Source: Setoptus koraiensis | Taxonomy: Eukaryota; Animalia; Arthropoda | Length of the DNA stretch: 64,000 nt | Assembly: GCA_048013815.1 (NCBI GenBank) | Contig: CM106585.1 | Span: forward strand, 13,826,001-13,890,000 | Reading direction: 5' to 3' | In this document: one piece after another, positions 20,800 through 34,000 of the stretch | Numbering within the stretch: position 1 is the first letter of the stretch | Layout of the letters: every line of letters starts with the position of its first letter | Notes under the pieces: generated by a model | What the model was told of the DNA's origin: nothing | What the model saw: the letters and a program-made list of their open reading frames with translations, nothing else | Databases searched by the model: none | Made by a program: the position numbers and the translations under genes

Positions 20800-22694
20800 G
20801 CGGACAACACCCACCTATTTCGGCCGAAATTCTTTTCGGCGCGACTTGCGTCATGCGAGCTTGCGCTTGCATGGGCCCGACTCGCCGTCTCGCTACACCG
20901 GCGATACGGCGGCGATTCGGCGGCGAGCGGATTCCATCGGATCGCGCTCCGACAGCAAATTGTAAATTGTTAATTGTGTGCAAAGTGCTCTAATGGCCGC
21001 CGCCGTTGCTGGCGCTGTCGTGGCCGCTGTCGTTGCTGTTGTTGTTGTTGCCGCTGTCGTTGCTGTTGTTGCTGGCGTCGCTGAGCGAGCGGCGAAAAGT
21101 TGCCTTTCGACTGGGGCAGCGCTTGTTTGTTTGCCGGCGCTGGACGCTATTACTTAATTGGTTGTTGTTGTTGTTAGCCTGCGAACGGCAACAGCGCCAA
21201 CGACGCCATCATTACGACGGCCATGATAACTGATTAGCCCATGCGATGACGGCCGCGCCGTGTAACTAGCAGCGGCAACTAGTTGTTGCCGACACGATAC
21301 AATGCAACAACAGCAACCACGGCAACAGCAACGACGCCAACAGCAACAACAGCAACAACAGCAACAACAGCAATAGCAACAGCAGCAACAACAACCGCGG
21401 CAACAACGTTGCCGAAACATCTGGCTGCTGTTCATTGAAGCAAAAAAGTGATTATAATAAATGAATGGATTTCCGATAAACAACAACAACAGCAACTACC
21501 TGGCGGCCAGCATGCTTGGCCGGGTCGCGCCGTGGACGGCGCTACAAATCCGCCGGCGAGCCATTGTGTTATGCAACTTGCGCTGCCTTGTAATACCGCC
21601 AGGCGAGTTGTATAGGCGTCATATAGGCGCCCCAGTGTGCACAATAATCGGCACACCGATAACTGCTGCACAGCCGTCGGGCCGGATTGGGGCTGGGCCC
21701 GGCGCTGGCGAGCGGCCGGCCGACGCCCGACGCCAGTTGTGATCGCCAGCGGTTGTCTGGTTGTGTGGCGAACGGGCGATAACAACTGGCCAATATAGGC
21801 CACGAAACGAGAGCTAACCAGTTGTGTGTGTGTGTGTCACGTATCCCAGCTGGATATTAATATAATGTATGTGACGCTTATTTATATCCACACGCAACGG
21901 GCCCCGGCGAGCCCGCGAGCTGCCATTGGGGCCCTCGGGTGGCCATTTGTGAGCCGCCAACGCACACACACACACACGCTCTGTTAGCATGGCGGGCCCG
22001 CCGGCAGCGAGCAGGCTCGAGAAAAGGCGCCCCATGGCTGGCTGATGGCACCACGAGGCGCCGTTATAGGCGCCTCTATAGGGCGCGCTAAGCACTCTCG
22101 CCACCAGCTCTGCCGTGGTTGTTGCTGTCGTTGTTGTCGGCTGTTGTTGTTGTTGTTGTTGCTGTTACTGTCGTTGTTGTCGGCTGTTGTTGTTGTTGTT
22201 GTTGCTGTTACTGTCGTTGTTGTTGCTGTTGTTGCTGTTGTTGTCGCTGGGTGGACCCAGATAACGGTCTCGACACAAAGGAAGCCAGCGCTTTATGTGT
22301 TGCCACGGGGCTGCACGAGCCGCCGCGAGCCCTAAGTGAGCTGCATTAATAGCCGCCGCTACTTATATAACTGAACTATATAAAGGCAGCTATATCATAA
22401 CATTAGGCATTACGTTGGCGCGTATAAATAGACACGCACGGCGGCCCCATTCCCGGCAGCGGCGGCGCCCAGTCGCTGGCTGTAGGCGCCTCCGAGTGAC
22501 ATGAAAATGGATTGCCATTCTGATTGGCGGGGCCCCCGCTGGCTGTTACTGGCGCTGCTGCGCCAATTGCACCGACGCACACAGCTGACTGGCTGGCTGG
22601 CTGGCTGGCCATAAAATGATATCATTGCAAACATTTAAACAAGTCTCGCTGATTGATAGCGAGCCGCTCGACGTCGCTCGCCTCGGCCGGCACT

Positions 22695-22735
22695 TGTTAT
22701 TGTCGTTGTTGTTGTTGTTGTCGTTGTCGTTGTCG

Positions 22736-22797
<62 letters not shown>

Positions 22798-22798
22798 G
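22695..22798. repeat. (TTG)n trinucleotide tract with ~21 pure units at its 3' end
   Basis: Read directly. Confidence 0.95.
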
Positions 22799-25199
22799 AC
22801 AACTAATGGCCGCCAGTCGCCATAACAAGCACGTAACAATTGAGCAACGTCGAGCTGTCGCCGTTAGATAACAGCTCGACGCAGCGCGCCCAGACAGCGA
22901 GCGCGCACATTTGTCGCCGCTGGCTCCCCCTAGGCTCCGTCGCAGCAGCGAAGCCTGGCCCACTTCCTGCCCGCTCGCCCCGCTGGCTCGCCCCAGTGGC
23001 TCACACTACCCACGGCAAGCAGTTTCTTGTCCGCGGCGCGGGCTTCTTGCGCCCTCTCGGCGGCAGTGAAAAGCATCGTTTCTGGAGCCTCAGCGCTTCG
23101 AGGCCCCAGAAACGATGACTGGCACGGATATCGCCGTCGAGGCACAGCCATGCGTGCACGTGTCTCGGGCGCGACACCGACCGAGCCGAGGGCCAAGATT
23201 CTCGTTGTTAAGAATCAACAGTGCGCGCCAAAATAGATGAGGCGCCGGTTGTTGTCGTCCGGCGACGGTTGTTGTCGTCCGACGCCGGGGCCAACAAAGG
23301 CCCAAAGACAATGCGAGGCGACGGGCGAGCCCGGCGGCCAGCACGACAAGCGGCCCCGAAATCTTGTTTCGTCTCGAGGCGCGCGCTTGTTAGGCTGCCC
23401 AATCTCTTGTTAACACGCAAACAACTCGCCGAGCCGCCTCTCAAGTCGGTGCCTCTCGAACGCGGCGGGGCCCGCCACTCAGACGAGACACAGCGAGCCG
23501 CGTGCGGGAGCACCAGGCCAACTTGATCACATCATTAGCATTTGATTCCGGACCGACGTCGGCCGGCGCCCCGCCCCGCCGTGTCGCCGTCGTCAGTGTC
23601 GCCGGCGCTAGCGTTGGCCTGTCGGCCGGCCGAAACCGTGCCCATTCACGGGCCTCGCCTCGAGTTGTTTGAGGGGCTCTTTTGGGCTCTTTTGGGTTCT
23701 TTTGGGTTGTGTCGGGCCGCTCGGCCGCTGGCAGCGGCGAAACAAACAGGCGAAAGTGAGACCCGCGGCGTATCGGCGGCGCGCCTCATGAATGAACGGG
23801 CCACTGCGACGCGTGCAAGTGTCATTAGTGACGAGAGCACTTTTTTATTTTTATCTCCATCTTTTTGCTTCCTTTCGCCCTGTCGCGCTGTCGCGATCCG
23901 GCGCCCCGTCGGCGCCGCCGGGCCCCAAACGCGCCGAAACTGTGCATCAGTGCGGCAGCCCGTTCACAGCTCTCGCTGGCCCCCCCCCCCATACGAGGGG
24001 GCCAGCGAGCGAGCGCCGGCCAATCCCTACATATGTATATATAATATAGGTCACGTGAGACGCGAGCACGCTCTCGAGGCTAACAAGTACTTTGCACGTG
24101 CGCCTATCCATTGCATCGCTGTGCCAGTGTCGTGATATGGCACGCGCACAACGCCACTGGCCAAGTTGCTTGCAGCACACGCGCGCGCATATATCACATA
24201 CGTATATCAAATACGTATGGATATCCACACAGTGCAGTGAGGCGCAGTTTCTGTGCACAGCGGCGCAGCGTTTGCGAGCGCGTGCCCGCGTGTGCCTCTG
24301 TGCTGGTGTGTCGCGGCGGGGCACGCTCCTAATTGGATTTCAATCAATGGATTTTGATTAGATTGCTGTTGTTGTTGTTGTTTGTTTTCATTATTACGCA
24401 ACGATAGCGCTGCGTAAGCGCGTGTTTGTTGTTACTTTCAGTGTGTGCATCGCTGTGCAGCAGCGCGAGCAAACAATGTTTGCTGCGCAGCAATTGTTGT
24501 AATTGTCACTGGCGGTGGCCAGAAATATCTGCGGCCTGCGCTGCTGGCAACTGTCACTGACTGTCGCCGGTGACTGGCGCAGTCACCCGAAGTGAAATGT
24601 AAGTGATCCGACGGAGCCCCGAGTGTGCAAATGATCGCGCAGCGACATCTCCGCGGGGGCGCCAATTGGGCCGCCGACCGCTGGCCAAATAATGATATCA
24701 TGTGACTGGCGGCGACTCGCATCGAAAGCGGCCCAGAGCGGCCAAATATAGCAGGCAGTCAAGTGAGTGTTGCGGCCAATATCCAGTGGGGGCCCCAAGC
24801 GCCGCTTTATTATTATTGCTCTCGTTTGTGCTGCGGTTATGCACAACAACAGCAACAACGACAACGGCACCGACAACAACGACGGCAACAACCGCAAGCT
24901 TTATGGCTTCGCCAGCTCGTGACGTCTGGTTAGTTTATCCGCTGCGCGCGGGCCAATGGGGCCCAGTGCGCAGCGCCAATTGCGAGCTAACCGCCGGCTT
25001 AATTGGCGCTAAACTTGATAGAGACATACCGTTTATTGCATATGGCGTGGGCCGGCCGACTGCTGGTGCGCCACACGCGACGTCTATATGCAACCCGCCA
25101 CCGCTAACCGTTATCCAGTGCTCGTTGCGCAATTACAGCGATGATGTCATTATGTGTCCGCCAGAAATGTCAGATGACACAGACCATTTCGGGCCGTCG

Positions 25200-25345
25200 T
25201 TGGTTGGTCGTTGGCTCGGTCGTTGGCTGTTGGCTCGGTTGTTGGCTGTTGGTTTGGCCGTTGGCTGTTGGCTCGGTTGTTGGCTGTTGGTTTGGTCGTT
25301 GGCTGTTGGTTTGGTCGTTGGCGCGGTTGTTGGCGTCGCTGGTGG
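25200..25345. repeat. Degenerate 12-bp minisatellite (GTTGGCTGTTGG-type)
   Basis: Read directly. Confidence 0.85.
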
Positions 25346-26003
25346 CGCGGTTGTTGCCGTTGCAGCGACGCGCCAAATAGCCAAATAGCCAAACAGCCCG
25401 ATGGCCCGACGGCCCAATGGCCCCCATAGCCGAGTAACGGCCCCATGATGTAATGATACGGCCGCCATGATGTAACCATGGCGGCCAGTGCGTGCGTGTG
25501 TGCGCCTGTTTTTGGCAAAGTGACACACACTCACGGGCAGCCGGCCCGACACGAGATGGGGCACGCTCAATTTGTCACCCCTAATGGGGCCCGCTTTGGC
25601 CGGCCCGCGCTAACGCGACGCACATGCTGCTGCACCTTGCCGTGTGTGCCGTGTGTGATGCGCTGCCTTTTAATTGAGTTATGACAACAACTGGCACTAA
25701 TCGGGCCGGCGGGCCCAACGGGTCCCGCCAAATGGACGCACAACAGCGACACGACATAACATAAACGGGCCGCAGTAACAAGGGCCGTTATGTGTCCGCA
25801 CGAGTAACTCGCGTCGGGCCGCGCCAAGGCCGCCGCCCAACTGCCGGCATGCAACGTCTGGCCGTCTAGACGCTCGAATGCGGTCACAACGCCCGGCTCG
25901 CTCGGGCATCTGGGCCACATCGATATAGTGGCCGAATAGCGGCCGAATAGCGGCCATGCAGTCGCCGTGCAGTCGCTATAGGGTGCCCGTCGCCGCTGGC
26001 AAC

Positions 26004-26110
26004 CCGACGAGCGACCCGACGAGCGACCCGACGAGCGACCCGGCGAGCGACCCAACTAACGACACCGACCAACAGCGCCAACTAGCAGCGCCAACTAGCA
26101 GCGCCAACTA
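26004..26110. repeat. Two adjacent tandem arrays: CCGACGAGCGAC (12 bp x4) and CAGCGCCAACTAG (13 bp x3)
   Basis: Read directly. Confidence 0.9.
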
Positions 26111-27957
26111 ACAACACCCGCTCGCAACACCAGCGGCGAGCCTATAATGATGAGGCTCCCCCTTGGGGCTCTCGAAAGGTGCGGATGCGAGCGGCGGGTT
26201 TGTTAGCGCGCTCACAAGACCCGGACGCGCGCCGAGAGGGACTGGCCCGCTCGCCAGTCTCGGGAAAGCCGGGTCCCGAGCGAGCCCGAAATTAAGCCGG
26301 AATGAAGTGGAGCAGAAGAGGCGCAGACTGCAACTAATTAGATGAAATCGAGTAGAAAATTCTGATGGCGTCTGTGCGCGGCCGCGTTGTCGCCGTTGTC
26401 GCCGTTGTCGCCGTTGTCGCCGCTGTCGTGCCAATGGCGACCCCGATCCGGCCCGCACTTACCGCGCGCGCGTTCTCAAGAAACCGGACAATGCCACAAA
26501 CTCATAACTTTCGCTTTGACTTTTACTACTATGGCGCCACCATCAAATCATTGCATTGTGTGCCAACTTGCGCGTTTCCGCTTTTATTGTTCTCAGACCC
26601 TGCTGCAGAGAGTCTGTTGTTGTAACACAAGTCACTCGCGTTGCGTCATAAGTCAGCGGCCACGAGCTGGCATGAGTTCGTAAGTAGTTACATAACATGC
26701 ACACATGATGCACATAATGCACATAATGTGCACGCGCTCGCTCGTTTATTTTCAATCCGATCATTTCAATTAAACTGTAAATGTAACTGCGCCCCATCAT
26801 GTAATATGATAATGGCACACACACACACATTACGTTAGGCGCGCACGGGCGCACAGTTACACGCACACGCACGACGCAAAAGTAAAAATTAGCACACAAC
26901 GCGGCTCACCCCGAGTGACATGTGTCGGCGCGTTGCGACGTCTGCGCCAACTGTTCTGGTCACTTGGCGGCGCGCTGTGCGCCCGTTTTAGGCTCACCAA
27001 TCGCAAATCGCAAGCCAATCGATCGTTGTTACGCAACAATCGGGCCCCACGCTGCCCAATGGTGCCCAATGTTGCGCAATGCCAACGACAACGCGAACAG
27101 CAACAACGCGCAAACGTGCAACGACACGAGCAGTTGGCGACCAGCAATCGACAAATGCAAGTGACACTCACTGTTACATCATCATCCGCCTGCTGTGTGA
27201 CTTTGGTTGCATAATAATGTTGCGCATTAATCGGCGCGAATTGGCACAAGTCGGCCGTGTTGCGGTCGGCACGAGGGGCCCCGACACTGCGCGACACTGC
27301 GCGACACCATGGCAGCCGATGAGGCCCTCGAGTGATGGCCGGCGGCGCAGTTTGATGGCGCAATCTTGCTACAATGTTGGCCACAACAAGTGAGTGATTG
27401 TCGGCGGCTCGGCCGACCGCTCGCCGGAGTGGAGCCGCGCCGCGCCACGCCGACCCGACAAACCCGCATCGGTCAGCGGCGATTGAATTGATGGGGGCGC
27501 CCCACGGACGTTTAATAACAGTTAATAGTGGAACAAGCACAGAGCGGCACAGGTTTCACTATTCAGGTTGCGATCTGTGCGGCGCTGCAATTGGGCCCCA
27601 TTAGCGCTCATGTGCGGCGCACCGTAGAACGTTGTGTGGCAAATGTGCCATGTCCAACATTCGTGCACAACCAATGAATAAATTGCCACTAAATCAACGC
27701 CGCTCAATCAAGCGAATGGCCCGCGGCGGGCCCCATTTCGGCCAATACGTATACGTGTATATATGGGCCCATTACGCAAGTGTCACAGAGGCCGAGTCAA
27801 GTGCACAGTTAGGCGCCCATTAACGGTCACTCAATGGCCAGTCGAACGACAACAAACGCACGCAAACAAAGCTGTCATCGGTAGCCATAGTTCACCAATC
27901 TAACGTAATTATCTCTCTCTTCTCTCACTGCAACGCCGCTCATTGCGCAATCAACAG

Positions 27958-28952
27958 ATGCCCTCCTGCTACAGCCGCTACATGGCGCGGTCTGCGCTTT
28001 GCCCGCAACGTCGCGAATACCCGCACAACAAGCCCCCTATGCCGCACAACAAATGGACACCTCTAGCAATATGCCCATGCCTCACCAGCATCAGCACCAT
28101 CACCAATCCGCCACCGCCAACAACGAGCCCGCCACAACTACCACGCCCGCCAACGTGGGCAACCCGTCAACAAATAGCGCCGGAAACCCACAGTCTCACC
28201 ACGGGCACACTGGTTTGCCCGGCGGAAATGCGCCACCGTCAGCGCTACCCACACAACAGCAGCAGCAAATATCCTCTCACACACCCCCGACGTCAATGGC
28301 GGCCGCCATGAACGCGGTCAACGTCATGAACGCCGCCATGGCCATGAATGCCGCCGGTGTCATCAACGCCCACTCCGCCGCACTCGGAAACAGCGCCGCA
28401 TCGGGCGCCCCAACGGATCAACAGCAGCCCGGTCAGCAGTCGCATCAGCAAGCGAACGGCGCCGGCAGCAGCAGCCAGTCGGCGGCCTCCGTTGCGGCCC
28501 ACATCAACAACCTGTTCCCGTACGGGCTGTCGCCCGCACAACTGATGCCGCACTTGTATGCGGCCAACGCCTCAGCCCTGGCCTCTATGGCGGCCGCTTC
28601 GTCACCCGCGGGCCTGTTGCAGCCGCCGGTGCACAGTAGCGGCGGCGGCGGGCCCACCCCCATGGGCTCTAGCCCCAATGGCTCGATGCCGTCCTCGTCA
28701 ACGCTGGCCGGTATGCCCATGCCCTGCTCGGCAGTGCCCACCGATATGCCCAAGGATTTGTTGAGCGCGGCCCGATTGGCCGCCCTCACACAGGCCACCG
28801 GGGGCTGGCCCGCATCGGGCGCCGGAAACCCGTTCTTCAATCACGCTGCTGCCCTGCAGCAGGCGGCACAATTTGGCAATTTGGTTGCGGCCAGTTCCGC
28901 TTTTGGCGCCGGCCCGCCCAACTTTTTCGGGGTGGGCATGCCGCCGCCCTAA
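27958..28952 (+). CDS. omb: Probable omb terminal coding exon 4 (Ala/Pro/Gly/Ser-rich C-terminus) after a 13.2-kb intron
   Basis: Pyrimidine-rich TAACGTAATTATCTCTCTCTTCTCTC...TCAACAG acceptor at 27957. The phase-1 junction G|AT is exactly in frame with the 317-aa ORF, which reads like a TF C-terminus (AAHINNLFPYGLSPAQLMPHLYAANA...). The joined CDS is 3807 nt, divisible by 3. Linkage to omb is inferred from phase and position. Confidence 0.72.
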
Positions 28953-29406
28953 GCGGGCGACACGGGTACCCATGGCAAAACGTTATACTGAAGCAATTGT
29001 ATGAGGGGCAACCAGCCCAATGGCAAAGGTTTGTTGTGTCGCCCGCAAAAAGAGGCCACTCCGACCAAAACGGGGCCAGGTGATACCGGCGAGCCGCCGG
29101 GCAGCTGATCACAGGTGAGATGCGGGCGGCTCATTAGCGTGCGTTTGCATACATGCAAATTTATATAGGCAAGCGGATTATTGGAATTATTTCACATTGA
29201 GCAGTGCGCGTGACGCAAACGTTAGGAAAAAAGTAAACAAGAATATCCGTCGTCGTCGTCGTCGTTGTTGTTGTTGTTGTCGTTTGGATTTATTTGTAAA
29301 CAGCCAGAGTTTGTCGCGACGACACTGTAATATAAAAATAATATTAATGAATATGAAAAAGTTATCAGCAGCAACAGCGGCAGCAGTTATCAGCCTACGA
29401 TCTAAT

Positions 29407-29514
29407 AATAAAGTGTAAGCTTTCAATTAATGAGCGTGTCAACCGACGGCCACGACCTGTACAAAATCACTGACAATGCCAATTGTCAACAATGGTAATT
29501 GTAATTGTAATAAA
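29407..29514 (+). terminator. Candidate omb polyadenylation signals (AATAAA at 29407 and 29509)
   Basis: First canonical signals after the exon-4 stop, in an AT-rich stretch; implies a ~0.5-kb 3'UTR. Confidence 0.4.
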
Positions 29515-30503
29515 ACAGAATCAATCATCGACGATTAAACGGCGCGCATTCGCATTCGTTTTAACTGGCTCCATTCTTCTCTGATTTATGCCTCGTTTGT
29601 CTGGCGGCCCCATGGTGGCGAGACCGACATTCGCACAATTGCATTCACCATTCGAAATTGACAATGGAAACAGGTGAACGATAATGCCGTTCCAATCGTT
29701 GAAGATTGCGCATCGGAGTTGCCACTTTCGAGCGCCCGATTCACCGGATTCATTCTCTCCGTCTGATTCATTCTTTTCATTGGGCTCGTCGCGTTCGTCG
29801 GATTTGTCTGAATCGTCGGACTCGTCGCAGTCGCTGGAGCGAGCGTCAAGCGGCGGCTAATTGATTATGCATATGCCATTAGTCGTGTGTCAACAACAAC
29901 AGTGGCCATTGTGTTTGAATTATGCGCATTTGTGCCGTCGACGGCGCGCATAACTCACCTTGTCGCACTTGCAACTTGTTAGCTCATCAGCATAACTCAC
30001 CTGGCGGCGGCGATCGCCGCTCGCCATTAGCGGCCAAACGGCTCATTGTTGCTCATTGTCGCCCGTCGTCGCTCGCAAATTGACGAATTGTCAACGTGCT
30101 TGTTTGTCGGCCGGCCGCTGCTCGCCATTTTCGCCAGAGACGCCAGAGACGCCAAACTCAATGTAAGCACAAGTAAACAGCAAAGTGGCCAAACTGGCAG
30201 CCATTTTGGGCGGAAAAACGTCAAAAATCGGAGGCTCGCCAGCAGCGACAAACGAGGCGCACGCCAATAACAGTGGCAATAATAATAGTAATGATGGCGA
30301 TAATAAAAAAGAACGAGAAGAAGCGACTTGTTTGTTGGCGATCGCGGTCTGGTCATTGGGTCGCCAGCGAACTCACGCTCGCTAATGATGTCCGCCCGGC
30401 TGCCCGCCTCACAGGCGCTCACCTGAGCCCGGCGTCTAGCGCCTGTGCGCTGAAGCTGGCCCGAGCGCCCGACCGGCGAAGAAGCGGAGAGACGGGCAAA
30501 CGG

Positions 30504-30590
30504 AGAACCGAAGAACCGAAGAACCGAAGAACCGAAGAACCGAAGCCCGAAGAAACGAAGAAACGAAGAAGCGAAGAAACGAGCAGAAGA
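30504..30590. repeat. Purine-rich 8-bp tandem repeat (AGAACCGA/AGAAACGA)
   Basis: Read directly. Confidence 0.9.
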
Positions 30591-30875
30591 GGAAGGGACG
30601 AAAAAACAAACAATGGCTTGTCGCCGTAATGATGTCATCGGGCGACAACGGCGCTGTTTTGCGCGCCGCAAGCGGCGCGAACCGGCCCGAACCGGCGCAA
30701 ACAGTTTCGACAACAGCGACACTGCAAACACACGGCGGATATTCGCCGAGTGTGTGAGTGGAAACTTTCCAGTCGAAACGCGCCAGATACAGTAAATTAG
30801 AATTGCAATTGAGACACTTCTTCCTATTGTCATTATCGCCACTTGCCACCGGTCATTAGGGCCCCGCCGGCCGCC

Positions 30876-31062
30876 GCCCACTCTGCCCACTCTGCCCACT
30901 CTGCCCACTCTGTCCACTCTGTCCACTCTGCCTACTCTGCCTACTCTGCCTACTCTGCCGCTGTCCCTCTGCTCGCCGTCCGCTGTCCGGCCGTCCGCTG
31001 TCCGGCCGTCCGCTGTCCCGCCGTCCGCTGTCCCGCCGTCCAAACGTCCCGCTGTCCGCTGT
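30876..31062. repeat. Compound minisatellite: 9-bp CTCTG(C/T)C(C/T)A x~9 followed by 15-bp GCCGTCCGCTGTCC(G/C) x~4
   Basis: Read directly. Confidence 0.9.
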
Positions 31063-34000
31063 CAGCGGTCCACGCCCCAACGCGGTCCAGGCCAATGTTT
31101 TGTCGACGGTTTGTAGGCAAAGCAAACTGTCAACTGTCCCGACAAACTGACTTGACCAGTGGACTTGCAGAGTCATTGTCAGAGCGGTGCTGACAGGCGA
31201 TCGTCAACTGGCCGGCCGAGCGGTCATTTATATTGATGCGCACTGGTCACATTGGTGCACATAAACAAGCGGTCATCAATCAGCGGACCCGAGCGGGACG
31301 CTGGCGCAAACACTGGCGCTGCTTGCACTGGTGCAAACAGCTTAATTGTCACTTGCTGCCCGCTGACCGCTCAAGTGGCCCCTGTCACGTTGTTGGCCGG
31401 TTTGCAGCGACCGGCCGCGCACCGGCCAACAACCGGCCAACAACAACATCGGCCCGAAACCGACGCACCGGCCGGCAACGGCGTCGGCCAATTAATGCGG
31501 CCCGCAAGTGCGCCCGATCGGCCAATTGGGTGGCGCCAAAGTCAACACGGCCGGCCCCAAACGTGCACTTAATTATAAGTCTGACAAGTGTTGCTGGTAC
31601 CTGTGGCACCTGTCGAACGTGCGCATTTGCATAACGACGGCCGGCAGCGCCGATGGTGGTCAGCGCCGGCGACACTGGCGCCACTTCTCATCACACGAGC
31701 GCTCGCCAGTCCGCCGATTCGGCGATTCGCTGCATTCGGCGATTCGCTGCGAATTGGATTGCGCAAATCGAATGCGAGTCGGGCGAATCGCGACTCTGGC
31801 GAAGCGCAACAGCGCCGCGTTGAGTCAACAGGGCAAATTTGCGCCATTTACGGCCGGCTCGCCCAAGGTTACGTAACGTCCAGCGCAAGCGACGCCATTG
31901 TTTTAGGCGCAGTTGTTGCGGCGCGAGAGCGGTCACTCCAGTTGCGCTCGCCATTTCGCAGCGACCCGAGCGATAAATGGCCGGCGCGACGGCCCGCGCG
32001 ATGCCCACGCCACAGCCATTAATGGCATCATCGCAGACACATTAGCATCAACACATTTTGGCCGATTGTCCGGCCATTGGCGTCCACTGTCGGCCGTTGT
32101 CCGAAGCAGTGAAATCGAGCGCACAAACAACAGGTTTGCGATTCGCAGTGATTCACATTGGCACGGTCCGAAAATGATTCATTCCGCGAATGGCGCTAGC
32201 CTGCCAACAAAGGCACACATGGGCACGATTTTGCTGGCGCCTCCCATTGCGGCCGCCCGCCGCAAGGGGGAGCCACGGCCCGACGCTGTCGGGCTGACAA
32301 ACGGGCGCCACCAGTGCCCATTCAACACTGTTGATTCAACACTGCCGATTCAACAGGACCTAGCGATTGTATTATCTCACACAATGCGGTGTCGGGCCGG
32401 CACTGCGAGATGCACCCGCTCAAATGGCCTGCCCATAAACAAACACGAGCGCCCGGCCGCTTGGGGGCGCCTCACTCGGGGCGCTAATTAGTTGTGTGTG
32501 TGTGTGCGAGTTTAATGGTTATAATTATACCATGATAGATGATGTTATCCGTGTGTGATAACATTTATTTGCCAACTAACAGCCAGTAAATAAATAAACC
32601 TGTCCGCTTATTTTGTAACACACACACACACACGGCGTGAATTTAATTTCTAATCTATTCCGGCGCGACCAATCATCACCTTGCGCGCTCATTAGCGCCC
32701 GCCGGTCGCCAACGGCCGGCCCGACGACTCGCTCGAGCGGCCCGACGGGCCGACATTTGCCATTTCGACTGAGTCGTCGGCTGTTCATTCGATGCGTCAT
32801 AATCGTCCACTGGTCATTCGAATCGCCGGCTGGTCAGATGTTCGGACGGTCGGATCGTCAACGGTCGCACCGCCGAACGGGCGAACCAGCGAATCGTCAA
32901 AGAATCGCAAAGAGAAGCCAAAGCATCGCCAAAGAGAAGCAACCGAGGGCCACGGGTGCAGGCGCAAAGGCGATAAGCGACACCGACCGAAGGCGCCGTC
33001 ATTGACGGAATCACCTCGGAGGCTCGTGTGAGCCCGTGCGAACGCTCGCACCGCCATTTGATTGGCGCCGGTCAATTCAATTAATTCCACTCATTAAAAT
33101 GGCCGGTGTGTGTTGTCAATTTGAACAGTGAAAATTTGAATTTGTCGCCAGTGGCCACAAATTCAACGAATTATTTATTTTTGTAGATATTTGTTTATTT
33201 TTGTCCGCTTGGGGCGCTTGCATTGTGGCCGACACTGCGGCGTTAGTGTGCGACCACGGCTGGCCACTGCAATAGCTACAGACCAGTCACCTGTATTTGT
33301 GTACATTGTTGCTTGTGTGTGTGTGTGTGTGTTGTGACTTGCGAAAGTAACCAATTACAAGCCAGAGTGACGCAACAGCCACAGTGACACAGCAACGGTG
33401 GCTGTGTGACACAAACAAACAACGCAATCGATTCATCATAATCAGCTGGTCATCGGACAGGTGACAACAACAATGTGACACACAACATATGATTCATATA
33501 ACATATGATATGTTATGTGTCATATTGTTATTGTTGTTGTTGTTGTTGTTGTCGTCGTGTACTGATACCGGCCACCATGAGTCACACACGCATGACGGAT
33601 GACGCAATCGCCGGTATCTAATCACATCTCATATAACAGTTGCGATTGTGATTATTGTCACAACAATATTGTGTGTGCGTCTATCTGTCATAATGAGTGA
33701 GCGCGATGACGCAACTCGATGATGGGCTCTGTCGTGGCCGCACAAAAAGTGTCGCTACTGTTGTCGACAATAAATTGGCACAAATAAAAATAAAAGGTCA
33801 CCTTTGTGGCGCTCTGGCGGCGCAACCCGGCACTAACAACACCTGAGCTTGTTTGGCTTGACCAGGTAATACTGGCAGCGATTCATGCAGAAACATATTT
33901 GTATTTGTATATTTTGTATATTTGCAACATGCGCGAATTGTGTGAGTGCGACCTTGCCCATTGTGTCCGACAATGATTGTCGGACACACAACTTGTTACA

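Noticed and set aside
26141-26180. Hammerhead-ribozyme-like TGATGA...stem...GAAA
   Set aside because: The essential C3 is A, stem I is absent and stem III has only about 3 bp.
26290-26345. Peptide KLSRNEVEQKRRRLQLIR resembling a bHLH basic region
   Set aside because: A stop codon follows immediately, with no helix-loop-helix continuation and no usable splice donor.
912-28952. Su(z)12 next to a Tbx2-type gene as ancient synteny (both on human chromosome 17)
   Set aside because: The human genes are far apart and the other neighbours are on different chromosomes; one window cannot support the claim.
29586-29849. Less repetitive minus-strand ORF(s) just downstream of omb
   Set aside because: Both readable frames derive from a degenerate 9-bp repeat and give no domain or splice support.
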